64,000 nt of DNA from Octopus vulgaris (taxonomy: Eukaryota): contig OX597815.1 in NCBI GenBank assembly GCA_951406725.2, positions 26,536,001 to 26,600,000 on the forward strand. The letters are read 5' to 3'. A program made the translations under genes and the position numbers. Under the pieces are notes generated by a model, which made no database searches, had not been told where the DNA came from, and was given only the letters and a program-made list of their open reading frames with translations. The first letter of the stretch is position 1, and each line of letters opens with the position of its first letter. Below are positions 25,901 to 39,354 of this stretch, piece after piece.

Positions 25901-26149
25901 TAACTAAATCTCCCAAGAATACTAATATGCTCAAAATGTAAAGTTGTAAAATATCTAGGATTGTCCGTTAAACCAAAAGCATAGTATACAGATATAGCGT
26001 ATTTAGACTTGCATGCCAACGGGAATACATTGGATCTACTACATTCTCAAAAAATGTGTTTATACGCATGTGCGCTCTTTCAAAATTTTTATGTTGGCCC
26101 AATTGATTCCATTGGCTGATTACGTGTAGCCACTCACAAATTTAAAAAT

Positions 26150-26305
26150 TCACAACACACATTGCTGTGAATGAAAGAACGAAAGCTGTAATGATTATAC
26201 TACAAGGGAACAATTGGAGCTTTACCTCCCGGCACACGACTTCTCAATAAACGAGATAAGTTAACCATCATTTGCAAGCACAAGTTTCTCCGAAATATTA
26301 AACTT
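26150..26305 (+). pseudogene. Penelope-like element C-terminal remnant
   Basis: RLLNKRDKLTIICKHKFLRNIK resembles the LLNKRxELxSxCRHxxKFLL ending that follows GIY-YIG in Penelope-like ORFs. Confidence 0.45.
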
Positions 26306-26674
26306 TCTTACACACAAAAAAAAGAATAAAATAAAATAAGATAAAATAAAAGACCTAACCCAAGCCATAGGTAAACACCTTATAAAACACGGTCCGGATA
26401 TTACGCTCGACTCCAGTCAAACCAGAACTGTTATACTGCGAGTATGAATTGATTGCATGTACATATAGACACCCCTCGCTATCTTTGCTCATGATCGCGC
26501 AGGTACAAGCAGACATTTTTTCAAAAGATGGTGTAAATGAGGTGAAATGATTGCAAGTAAGAACAGAGTTGGCTCGTCTTGTTATACAGTTTCTGAACAA
26601 ATACAATTTTCTCTGGGAATACTGTTACCCTTTAAAATTAAGGTCACTAATTTTCGAGTGAAAAGTAGTTGATA

Positions 26675-27055
26675 AAATTAACTCCAGTACTTGTCTGACA
26701 TTTATTTTATCGGCCCTAGAGCGATAAATAAGAAACCAAACTTAGCGCTATATGAACTTAGAACGTAGACTTACGTAACCAAATATTACAAGGCATTCTA
26801 CGATTTTTGCCACCCTATCATCTACTATTATCAATATTAATAATGGTTTGAAGTTTTGGCACAGTGTCAGCTATTTCGAGAGAGGGGATTAGTTGATTAC
26901 ATCTACCTCAGTGCTCTACTGGTACTTATTTTATCGACCTAAAAAAGATAAGCAAAGTCGATCTTGACGGAATTTGAGCTCAGAACGTAAAGCCGAAAGG
27001 AATGCCGCTAAATATTTTGCCCTCCGTGAAAACAATTCTGCCAGCTTGCTGCCTT
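26675..27055 (-). mobile_element. Two SINE family B copies
   Basis: GGTACTTATTTTATCGACC...GGAATTTGAGCTCAGAACG...TTCTGCCAGCTTGCTGCC at 26843-27055, plus an older copy at 26675-26810. Confidence 0.75.
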
Positions 27056-27628
27056 TCTATATCAATATTAATAATAATAGTAATAATAATTATTATTATT
27101 ATTTATAAGATTATGCTAGATAAGTTCAGTTCTGATTAGTAAAAATACGTTTCAGTGTGTGTATGTGTATATATGTGTGTATGCATGTATGTACGTGTGT
27201 GCGTATGCATGAATATTATATAGAAGCGTGAGTGTGCGTATGTGTGCATGTGTGTGTGTGTCAGAGTGTATAAGCGTCTATGTGTCTGATTGTATATGTA
27301 TGCGCGTTTGCTTTCTAATAGAATATTCTACTAAATTCCATTTGTTTTATGTGCATTAACGGTCCTTTGGCTGTTTAAGTTGGTTGGGAGGAGAAAAAAA
27401 ACAAATAACATAAACAACGAAAGTATTGTTTAGTTGGTTTCTTTTATTAACAAAACAAAAAATGAAACGAAATATTCCAAAGCAGAGAGAAAAGAGGAGG
27501 AAAGTGAAAGTAGAAGAAAGAGATACATTTAGGCGAGACTCTATTAATATTCATGAACTCTCTGTTCCAATCTGTTCTCGTACCTGCAGAAGGGAGACAT
27601 AACCCGTAACGTGACACATGACGAGCCC

Positions 27629-27641
27629 AGGTCAAAGGTCA
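27629..27641 (+). promoter_or_regulatory. Perfect DR1 nuclear-receptor element
   Basis: AGGTCA-A-AGGTCA in unique sequence; function not shown. Confidence 0.35.
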
Positions 27642-27754
27642 GAGAGATGCAAAGGAAAAATATGGTACCGAAGAGAAGAGCGGGGGGTGGATTATAGCAG
27701 AAATCTCTGCAACTATATTATTGAATCATTTTTTTTTTGGTACTATGGTTTCTT

Positions 27755-27785
<31 letters not shown>

Positions 27786-28133
27786 CATATTTTCTATTGT
27801 TGCGAAAATGAGGCAAAACGAAAAACACAAGCGAAATACAAGCAATAACACAGAGTAAAATTAAAATAATAAAAATAATAAAGAAAAAAATAACGATGAA
27901 AAAGTGAAAATTCTATGATTACTCCTTTCATTGATTTTCTTTTCTTGTTTTTCTTTTTTTTTATATATATATTCGTGTATTTATTTATTTATTCATTTTT
28001 ACCCTTTATTTTTTCGCAACACTGTCAAAGAATGGTATAAGGAGATGGACACACCTCACTGACCATTTTCTACAGATGGGCGCCAACTTAACTAACGATT
28101 TTTCCTCATTCTTTTCTACTTCGTATCTCTTAT

Positions 28134-28182
<49 letters not shown>

Positions 28183-28467
28183 CTCTCTTCTTTCATTTCT
28201 TTTCATTTTCCATTTTGATGAGTCTTCTTCCCAACCCATCCCCACCCCGCTACCGTCGCTTCCACCTCCGCCGCCGCCGCCGCCGAGCCACTTCCTCTTT
28301 TCTATTTCTTTAATATTTCTTCAATCTATGTAACTATTTAAGCGTCTAATTCATTATTGTGGTTGTTGTTGCTTTCATCATGATTATCATTATTATTGTC
28401 ATCATCATCATCATCATCATCATCCTCATCATCATCATTATTATTATTATTGTCATCATCATCATCA

Positions 28468-28500
<33 letters not shown>

Positions 28501-30208
28501 GGATTATCATTGTTGTCATTATTATTGCTACAACTATTATCATTGTTGTTCGTTATGATGATGACAGTGGTGATGGTAGTGGTGGTTGCGGTGGTGGTGG
28601 TGGTGGTGGTGGTAGTGGTGGTGGTGGTGGTGGCCGTGGTGGTGGTGGTGGCCGTGGTGGTGGTGGTGTCCGTGGTGGTGGTGGTGGTATGGTGGTGGTG
28701 GCCGTGGTGAACCCCGATAAAGATAACGATAGCAATGAGGATGATGCTGATAGTGCTGACGGGAATGGTGATGATGATGATGATGATGATGATGTTGGCG
28801 ATGGCAATGATGTTGATGATGATGATGATCACGTTATTAATGATGTCGTTAATGATGCTATTGATGATGATGATGATGGTGGTGTTAATAATAACGGGGA
28901 TGAAGGATGAAAATGCTTATGCTGGTGTTAACGCTGACGCTAATGATGATTAAAATAATGATGATGATGATGATGATGACGATGATGATGATTAAGGGAA
29001 GAGGGGGATGTATTTTTGGTTGTATCAACACTTCTCCCTCTTCATCCTCACTCCACCTTTACCTTGCTAGAAACATTAGATGCGCAAAAAAAACAATGAT
29101 AAATAAATAAATAAATATATATATAAATAAATAAAAATAAAGATGGAAGAAAAAAGATTTATTCACACATTGTTAACGGTCAGGAAACCATAAGATTCAC
29201 AAACCGGTGTTGAAACCGCATGAACACTTAATCAGTCGGATAACAAAAACCTTTGTCTCTCTCTCCCTCTTTCTCTCTCTCTCTCCCCTTCTCTCTTTGT
29301 TGATGCTGTTGCTGTTGTTGATGTTCTTGTTTTTATGGTTGTGGCGGCCGTTGTTGTTTTGGTCTTAGTTTTGAATAAAAGCCTTTATTTCTCGCCGTGT
29401 GTGCTGGTGCGTTCTACTATATCGCACCTTTATGCGCTGTCTGTTGTTGTTGTTGTTGTTGTTATTGTTGTTGATGTTGTTGTTGTTATTGTTGTTGTTG
29501 TTGCTGCTGCTGCTGCTGCTGTTGTTGTTTTTGTCAGTGGTGTTATTTTTTTTGTGTGTTTTTTTTTAGGGTTGTTTATATATTGTGTTCTTGTTGTTGT
29601 TGTTGCAGGCTGCTGTTGTCTTGTTATTGATAAAGTTGTTGTTTGTTGCTGTATCTGTTGTTGTCGTCGTCGTCGTCGTCGTCGTTGTTATTGTTGTTGT
29701 TGTTGTTATTGTCGTTGTTGTGGCTGTCATTGTTGTTGTTGTTGTTGCTACCGGCTGATGCCGTTAACGGTGTTGTGATTGTTGTGATTGTTGTTCTTAT
29801 TGCATGCATTTATTGCTCTTCTCCTTCTTCTTGTTCTTCATGTTTGTTATTGTTGTCTTGCCGTTCTGGCTATTATTATTGCTGCTGCTGCTGCTGCTGT
29901 TCCGGGAAAGGTGGCGTTGATGACGAAAATGGCGGAGGTGTACTGTGCAGCGTGATTTTGGATGTGACGTGCAGTTATATATACGTTTGTGCTTATCCAA
30001 TAAGAAGAGACTATGCCAAATCACTGGCAGTTCACCCATTAAATCTAGTGAAGTGATTTCTCAACTTGTGACTAGTTAATGATTTCTCCTTTATTATACG
30101 ATCTTTTGCAGACATTTTTTTCATATTACTAATTGCACTTCGGCTTCTTAATTAATTTTTCACACATGCGCGAGCGTTACGTTCACGGTGTTTGCGTACG
30201 CAATTGTC

Positions 30209-30269
<61 letters not shown>

Positions 30270-30398
30270 GTGCGTTACCGTGTATCTCCGTGTTTCTGTG
30301 TGTCTGTGTGTATAGACGTGGGTGTTAATGTGTGTTTGTATGCATGAGCGACGAAGAGAATTAATTATAGATATATACATACACACATAGACATATAC

Positions 30399-30473
<75 letters not shown>

Positions 30474-30892
30474 CTTACACACATGTATCTATGTATCTAT
30501 GTAGGTATGTACGTAGTATATACGTATGTATGCCGGTCCGAATGTATGTATGTATGCATTATGAATTTGTTTCATAAGTTTCTTGATGTAAAACCTCTAG
30601 TTGAAACCCATATTGTTGCAGTTTCGGAAGGTCATACCCGTCCCATCCTCCACTCTTAACCCTCCCCCCAAAAGCAGCATAACCCCCAGTTTCTCACCCC
30701 TCACCCGTCTTTCCTTTTAATTTCACAGACTCTTTCTCTTTTGCACTCTCTCTTCTCTCTTTCTTCGGATGAAATATTAAAGTGGAGAGGTTAAAATATT
30801 TTTTCTTTCCATTAAAGCGTTTAACTAATACCTTATTAGCCAGACTTTGTTCCTCGTGTCTTATCCTTTTTATCGTCCATTGTATTCATATA

Positions 30893-30967
<75 letters not shown>

Positions 30968-31094
30968 AACTTACTTGGAAATGGATGCTTCGTTTTCCAT
31001 GTTTTTGCTTTTTATGATCTCGTTTTTCATTTTGTTCACGTTTTTTTGACGTCTGTACCCATATATGCATATACATATTTGGATGTATGTATAC

Positions 31095-31150
<56 letters not shown>

Positions 31151-31151
<1 letters not shown>

Positions 31152-31361
31152 GACCGCATGTGTATCGTTGGCGATTTTTTTTCTCCGTCTTCCCTTCCTT
31201 GGATCTTCCCTTTTTCTGTTTCTGACGAAGAAACGTTAAATCCTCGAAACGTTAAATCCTCCTTCTTTCTTTCCTTTCCTGAGCGTCTAATAACACTATA
31301 CATATTCCACGTCCACACGTTGTAGTGTTTTCTCTTTGTGTTTTCATGTTTGAATTAACTT

Positions 31362-31362
<1 letters not shown>
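31151..31362 (+). mobile_element. Penelope-like terminal fragment with rearranged hammerhead core, inserted in (TA)n
   Basis: GTTT-CTGACGA...GAAACGTT-AAAT; downstream body matches 47774-47910; TA arrays on both sides. Confidence 0.6.
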
Positions 31363-31436
<74 letters not shown>

Positions 31437-31449
31437 CTTATCTCCTACT

Positions 31450-31628
31450 CGGACGAAACGACACCAGTACTTATATCTTTTTAAGCCGGGTATTTATTCT
31501 CTCGGCATCTTTTGCCGAACCACGAAGTTACAAGGGCATAAACACCGGTTGTCAAGCGATGATGGAGATCAAACACCGGCACAAAGACACACACACACAT
31601 ACACACATACACTCATACACACACACAA

Positions 31629-31707
<79 letters not shown>

Positions 31708-31860
31708 ACAGGTTTCTTTCAGTTTCCGTCTTCTAAATCCACTCATAAGGCTTTCGTCGGACCGAGACTATAGTAGAAAACACTCACCCAAGGTGCCACT
31801 CAGTGGGATTGAACCGGGAACCATGTAGTTGAGAAACTGAATTCTCACCACAAAGCCACA
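31450..31860 (-). mobile_element. SINE family A, older copy
   Basis: TTTGCCGAACC...GGTTGTCAAGCGAT...CCCAAGGTGCCAC...GAACCGGGAACCATGT. Confidence 0.8.
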
Positions 31861-31939
31861 TTTACGCCTATAAGCCACACCTGTACATATATATATATAT
31901 GTGAGTGTGTGTGTGTGTATACATATATAAGTATATATG

Positions 31940-32117
<178 letters not shown>

Positions 32118-32602
32118 TGTATATATTAATATATGTGTGTGTGTATCATTATTCAGTTTTATTTAAATTTTTCTTGCTAATAGAGAAAGAGCCGGCTTCT
32201 AAGGCTCCTGCATTGGAATTTCTACATCAACAAGGTATTTTTGTATGTATGTATGTATGTATGTTTTTATGTATGTATGTATGTATGTATGTATGTATGT
32301 ATGTATGTATGTATGTATGTATGTATGTATGCATAGGTGCAGATTGTATGTTTTGTTTTATGTATGTATATGTACTCTCATGCATATAGTTGCATATCTA
32401 GATATGCTTAAACGATATGTACTTAAACGGCAAGTTTCTGGAAAGTCCTCTTTAACAATTATATATCTGCTATATCGGAAATCTGCAATGGTTCCATAAC
32501 TACCGTCTCGGCTATAACCTTGGAGCCCTAGTAATCCGTTACAGCACTTACCTAGCGTACCCCCATATTTTGTATATATGTGTATATGTATATATGTATA
32601 TA

Positions 32603-32832
32603 GTCACAAATGTCGTAGAGTGCACTTCCATCTCGTCTTCTATGGAGGGTTTTTTTTTCTTTTAGATGGAGCCATGCATGCATAATCAGAAAATGCAGAA
32701 AATATTCGAAACTGATAGCAAATTTTTAAATGGGTATCAAAACACATTGGCAGCGTTTGTTGAGGCCTCTATCTAAAAGAAAAAAACCTCCATAGACGAC
32801 GAGATTGGAGTGCATTCTGCGACATTTGTGAC
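32603..32832. mobile_element. MITE with ~70-bp imperfect TIRs and TA flanks
   Basis: GTCACAAATGTCGTAGAGTGCACTTCCATCTCGTCTTCTATGGAGG vs CCTCCATAGACGACGAGATTGGAGTGCATTCTGCGACATTTGTGAC; TA at 32601-32602 and 32833-32834. Confidence 0.75.
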
Positions 32833-34511
32833 TAAGAAAATGGTAATATTATAGTCAATGATAAGTCTGTAGAAAACGAGTTTTGCGTGTAGAAAAAGTG
32901 GTGAATCATCTAAAAATTTTTGAATGAAATATACATTGGGTTTAGTTGTAAACAAACTATATTAAAATGTAACTTCGTGTAACAGCAATAAAATCATAAA
33001 AATATACATGAATTTTATACGAGAAAATTTTCTACTGAAAGTATTTGTTTGCGTATGGGAATAACACTGTATATTAAAATTATGAAATTAATCATACTGA
33101 GAGATATACTTTACCAATTAAAATGTAAACAAAATGTATTAAATATGTATATAGGAATAACGGAGGTAAGTATTCGAGTGTGTCTGAGTGTGCGAGCGCC
33201 ACTGTATGTGTGTTTGTGCCTGTGTGTGTGTCCGTGTATGTCTGTGAATGCATGTATATGTATATTTATATGTGTATGTATGCGTATATATTAATATATA
33301 TATACACACACATACACTCACTAACAAGCGGGTAAGATCTCTGGAGTACAACTGGGGAATAGATGTAATGCAATGAAATGGATGCGAGGTTCGACAGCTC
33401 ACAGCAAAGTTAAACTGATTTTGATAGTGTTGATTAGGAAGCTTTAGATGTATGCTTACCAGAAAATAAAATTAAATTTTTTGTTTATTTTTCAAATAAA
33501 ATATTGATATCATCAGACTTTTGACAGAAATATAGCTAAGCTAAACATGTAGGAACTTTGCAAATTTCAGTGACTGTTTGAATTGTGGAATTCTCTCAAA
33601 TACCAATAATGTGCTCCCTTCTTCGGTGATTATCCTTTAACAGTCATTCGCTTTCGCAAACTTTAATATTATGTTCAACCCCATAATAGTACTGTTTCCA
33701 GAATTTACATGTTCTCAGCAAAAATTATTTTAAAATACTATTTTATGAATATATTTCATACATTTAAAAACCTGAAATAAAACATGACACCAGCCTCTCT
33801 AACTACATTTGGTATTTGAAAGAAACAGTATTTGCTGCGTTTTAATTCCTGTGGTCAACCCTCAATCTTATCATTCATAATGTACATTATAATTTTCATA
33901 TCTGTACTACAAGCTTTGCTTAAATAAGAAATTATTGATATTATTTCAAAGTGTTGATGGGTTAAATGAGAGCTCTTTCATATGATAGACATTATTCAAA
34001 ATACTTCAAAATTATGTATATTCAAAGAAACAAAAACAATAAAATCTGAAACAATAGGATGATATTTTTATCACCGCTCTTTTTTATCCACACCTTCAAA
34101 GAGACTTAATTGCTATAAGATATTTCTTTTCTGTTGTTATTACGCTTAATTCTCTTATATTGTTTAATTCGCTTCTGTTGTTATTACGTTTAGTTTTGTG
34201 TGGGTGTGTGGGGGTGGGGTGCGCACGCGCGTGTGTGTTGAGGATGTGAGGGCCGTGCAATAAATCCTCTCCTCGATAAGCGTTAACCATTCCCTCCTTC
34301 TCAAAACAACGGTTGCATCGATAACCAATAATATTCCTTTGTTATTCCATGTCATTCAACCATCATTACCTTTGATATTCGTTTCTTTATGTTGTATGCG
34401 CTTTAAATATCAAATTTCATATTCATTCTTCGTAATCATCTGCAAATCGGTAACGAGAAACTTGGAGTAACTGTTTCTGGATTCAGCTTTTAATATATTA
34501 GGTGTACACAA

Positions 34512-34680
34512 GGTGGCGTGCTGGCAGAATCGTTTGCGTTCTGAGTTCAAATTCCATCGAGATCGACTTTTTATTTCATCCTTCGCTGTCCATAAAATAG
34601 TTACCAGTTGAGCACTGAGATCGCCGTAATCGACTTTCCCCTCCCCCGAAATTGCTGACCTTGTGCCAAAATTTGAAAGC
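34512..34680 (+). mobile_element. SINE family B
   Basis: GGTGGCGTGCTGGCAGAATCG...CTGAGTTCAAATTCC...CCTTGTGCCAAAATTTGAAA. Confidence 0.8.
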
Positions 34681-35408
34681 AATATATTTGGTATATATCC
34701 ACACACGTACGTACACACACACACACACATACACATACACACACACACACATACACACACATACACATACACATATAATACCATTCTAAAATTATAAAAT
34801 CTACTTTCTATTTCCTTTCATTCGCCATATCAAAGTATACATGCATACATACACACACGAAAACACACACAGACACACACAAACACAAATATTTATATGA
34901 ATATGTATGTATGTATGTATGTATGCATGCAAGCATGCATGTATGTTCTCTTCTGTTCTTAATTAGCTAAATTCTTCCTCTGAGGAAGGAGCTGGTTTTT
35001 AACAAAGATACAAAGCTCCATCGTTGGAATGTAGTTTGCAAAAACATTCTACACTTGACAAAAACCTTGCATATTTTTACCCTTCCAATTATAGATTGTA
35101 TTTAAAATGTACGAATCGTTTGATTTCTTTTCCTGAAAATCCAAGCTTATGCAGACTGTCAATTAGGCATTTACTCACAAAACCAAGTGCACCAATTATT
35201 ACTGTTAGAAATGTATATTTGTCATCTGGGTAGAGAAGCTGGAGGTTTCAAATTAGTTGTCCCTAGTTACCTTCTTTCTCTTTGAAAATTGACGAGATAT
35301 CCACAGCAGTACAGCTGACCTCAATGACGGTACATATGATTCCTTGTCTGTCCCAAACTACAATATCCAGCCTATGTATGTATGTATGTATGTATGTATG
35401 TATGTATG

Positions 35409-35440
<32 letters not shown>

Positions 35441-35918
35441 ACAGGGTCCGAAGAAACTGAAAGTAGTCTGCCTGAGACCAAATACACAATGAAGTACTTG
35501 GCTTGGGGTAGGCTGGAATGACGTTGAGAGTAAAGGAATATAATATGTCTAAACCTTCATTTCAGAAGAAAGAAAGTTTCCTTTGTTGAAATATTTCTGC
35601 TGTTACTGGTATCAATAATTGTATGTATACATGCTTATATATATAATGGACTCTCCCATCGAAGACGACGTATAAGCGTTCAGCTTTTGCCGAAAGACCT
35701 GCTCAAACGATTTGTTTATAGTGATCAAATGTTCGTGCCTCACATTAGCTCACTCTCTTCATCAAATCGACATTCTGAACAGGTGCACTGTCAGGTGTCC
35801 AAGTAATCGCAGAGCAAAGTGAGATCAAATATTTTGCTCAAAGCTCAACGCTCCGTCCAATGTAAGAATTGAAATCGCGATCTCACGTTCGTGAGTACAA
35901 CACCCTAACCACTAGACC

Positions 35919-35973
<55 letters not shown>

Positions 35974-35993
35974 CGTGCGTACGTACGTGCGTG

Positions 35994-36024
<31 letters not shown>

Positions 36025-36026
<2 letters not shown>

Positions 36027-36170
36027 ATACGACGGACTTCTTTCAGTTTCGCATACCAAATCCACTCACAAGGCTTTAGTCGGCCCGGGACTATCGTAGA
36101 AGACACCTCAAGGTACCATGCAGTAGGACAGAACCAAGAGCAGCATGGTTGAAGAACGAAATTGCCTTAA
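36025..36170 (-). mobile_element. SINE family A 5' half
   Basis: TTTCAGTTTCGCATACCAAATCCACTCACAAGGCTTTAGTCGGCCC. Confidence 0.75.
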
Positions 36171-36271
36171 CTCAGGAACTTTAGTGTGTATATACATGCA
36201 TCTGTGTGTGCTTTATTATTAATGAGTAGAAGTTACAGAGGAACTCAACGGCCGACAGTTATACAAAAATT

Positions 36272-36336
<65 letters not shown>

Positions 36337-36338
<2 letters not shown>

Positions 36339-36551
36339 AGATAAGAAAATGGAGAAATACATCTAAATCAAATATCAATTACCAGATAATACTCAATCAC
36401 ATACTTTATTAAACCACCACATAAGAGACTGTAGGGTTAAACATAAAAAAGCAGAACAAATCAGTGTACATAAAGGAATGTACATAAAAAAGTGTACATA
36501 AAAGAGTAATGTTATCCATGGAGGGTTGCATTTACAACCCCTATCTCAATT

Positions 36552-36587
<36 letters not shown>

Positions 36588-36800
36588 AGATAAGAAAATG
36601 GAGAAATACATCTAAATCAAATATCAATTACCAGATAATACTCAATCACATACTTTATTAAACCACCACATAAGAGACTGTAGGGTTAAACATAAAAAAG
36701 CAGAACAAATCAGTGTACATAAAGGAATGTACATAAAAAAGTGTACATAAAAGAGTAATGTTATCCATGGAGGGTTGCATTTACAACCCCTATCTCAATT

Positions 36801-36802
<2 letters not shown>
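36337..36802. repeat. Direct duplication of a 217-bp unit separated by (TA)n
   Basis: 36337-36553 and 36586-36802 read as identical. Confidence 0.9.
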
Positions 36803-36840
<38 letters not shown>

Positions 36841-36918
36841 GAAAATATACTCATGCGACGATTCAGCATGGTGGCAAAGAAAATTTTTCTTTTGCCCTCA
36901 TTTATAACCATATATATA

Positions 36919-37072
36919 TTAGTCGAGCAAATCGACCCCAGGAATTTTAAGCCCAGTACTTATTCTGTCAGTGTCTTTTACCGAACCGCTAAGTTACTGG
37001 GACGCAAACACACCACCATCGGTTGTCAAGCAATGGTAGGGGGACAAACACAGGACACACAAACATATACAT

Positions 37073-37118
<46 letters not shown>

Positions 37119-37193
37119 GATGGGATTCTTTCAGTTTCCGTCTACCAAATCCACTCAAAAGGCTTTGGTCGTGTGTATGTATGTATGTGTGTG

Positions 37194-37225
<32 letters not shown>

Positions 37226-37292
37226 TACATACATACACACGACCAAAGCCTTTTGAGTGGATTTGGTAGACGGAAACTGAAAGAATCCCATC

Positions 37293-37344
<52 letters not shown>

Positions 37345-37498
37345 ATGTATATGTTTGTGTGTCCTGTGTTTGTCCCCCTACCATTGCTTGACAACCGATG
37401 GTGGTGTGTTTGCGTCCCAGTAACTTAGCGGTTCGGTAAAAGACACTGACAGAATAAGTACTGGGCTTAAAATTCCTGGGGTCGATTTGCTCGACTAA
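36919..37498. repeat. ~580-bp near-perfect palindrome made from one headless SINE-A copy
   Basis: Arms are reverse complements except for microsatellite length; centre is (TA)n at ~37205; the SINE tail continues on the right to ~37537. Confidence 0.92.
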
Positions 37499-38086
37499 AG
37501 CCGCAGTCAAATGACTGAAACAAATAAAGAATAAAAGTATGTGGGGGGAGTGTGTGTGTGTATACACATATATATATATCACATATAAATACATATACAT
37601 ATTTATACATGTGTGTGTGCGTGTGTGTGTGTGTGTGTGTTAAGTCTCTATGTGTATTGTATGCATACATTTACATATGTGCGTCACTTGGAGCAAGAAA
37701 ATTTGTTAATAAATATGAAAAACACTGCCATATTATTTTACATGAATGAGTTCTCCGGCATATTTCATTCAATGTCTTGTATGACAGGTTGTGACAGCGA
37801 TGCCATTTCGTAGCACATTTGATGGTACTTCACATTACTATAAGCAATAGGGATTTCATGAATGGCTTAAATGTCACAACTTGAAATTGGCTTTTACTTA
37901 AAATATTATGCCATTGTGTCTAGTTAAAAGAAACCGGTTTGACAGGGAGAAATTGGTTATCTCGTAACAGTGCATTTTTTTAAAGTTTATATACTACGGC
38001 ATTTGTTTTTCTGGCACTGAACGAGAATATTCAAATACAGCTAAAGTAATATATGTGCGTATGTGTCTGCACATATGTAAATATAT

Positions 38087-38330
38087 CCATATATATAAAA
38101 CTGAGAATGTGTGTTTGTCTGTCTGTTTATCTGCCTGTATGTGTGTGTGTGTGCATCACTAAAACTGGAGAACTACCCAACCGATTCCATTCAAGTTTTA
38201 TACATGCATTACTTAGGGTCCATGAGGTGTCATGGGTCAAAAACATTTTCAACTTCTTGCTTAATGCGAGCCCGTAGCAATTTCTTACACTGTTCAGCAT
38301 TACGTGTCAAAAGTGAAACAATATCTCTAT
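38087..38330 (+). mobile_element. Helitron-like non-autonomous element, 5' portion
   Basis: Starts TCCATATATATAAAACTGAGAATGTGTGT, similar to the 5' end of the element at 47920-48190; no 3' CTRR located. Confidence 0.4.
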
Positions 38331-38418
38331 TGTAATGTGATGTAATAGTTTCACTTTTAATAGTCTCATTTCTATTAGTGTCACTATGCATGTATGTGTA
38401 TATATATATATATATATA

Positions 38419-39095
38419 CCAGCTGACCTACTCGGCAATACCCCAGGAAAGCGGGGCTTATCCCTTGGTTCCGTTCTCATAATTGTTTTGCTAATCCAAT
38501 AACAACAATACAAAGCATGTAACCCTTAAAACGGTTTTTGTGCATTTACAGAGAATAGCGAACTGTCTTACACAGGATCTTGTTTTTAGGAATTCCCAAT
38601 AAATTGTGAATACCCAAATTATGAAGTCAGTTAAGTAATAACATGAAATTAGTTACCCGATAGTAAGAATTCAAATAAAGTAGCCCCAAAAGGGGCTTTA
38701 ATACGTTCCCAGAGTTTATAGAACATAAGAGGAAATGCTAATAAGGTATGTATACTAAAATCGTGAGGCATGTTACGTAATAAGAGGCTAATCAAATATG
38801 AGATAATAACAATTCTAAGTAAATAACTCTGAAACGGGCTTTTGTGCGTTCCCAAATAATATTACCCTCATAGGCGCTAGTGTTGGTATATTTGTGAATA
38901 AGTTACAAACCCAAATTATTATATTTAATACATGTAATATATTTAACGTATCTAATTTTTTTATCCGAAAAATTGCCTCTATATCCGTTCAACTTAGTCT
39001 CTCTTACAGCCATTCGTTACCTTGTGAAATCGATCCCTTGTAAAAACATCGAAGGCTGAGTTTGAATCTTTTGAGCACTAAGTATCTTCTATACT
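38419..39095 (-). mobile_element. Possible Helitron-like element
   Basis: ACCAGCTGACCTACTCGGCAATACCCC is the reverse complement of a decayed hairpin plus CTRR 3' end; far boundary uncertain. Confidence 0.3.
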
Positions 39096-39122
39096 GATAA
39101 TCTCTGGATCTCATCTAATGAC

Positions 39123-39179
<57 letters not shown>

Positions 39180-39322
39180 GTGTGTATATTATTTAATGTA
39201 GTATTTATGTATATATGTATGTAGGTATGTATATGCGTGTATGTGTGTATTATGTATATACATATATAATACATATATATATGTGTGTGTATGTATGTAT
39301 GTATATATATATATATACATAC

Positions 39323-39354
<32 letters not shown>

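Noticed and set aside
28338-29110. Overlapping D/N/G/P-rich ORFs
   Set aside because: Translations of compound (ATC)/(ATT)/(GGT) repeats.
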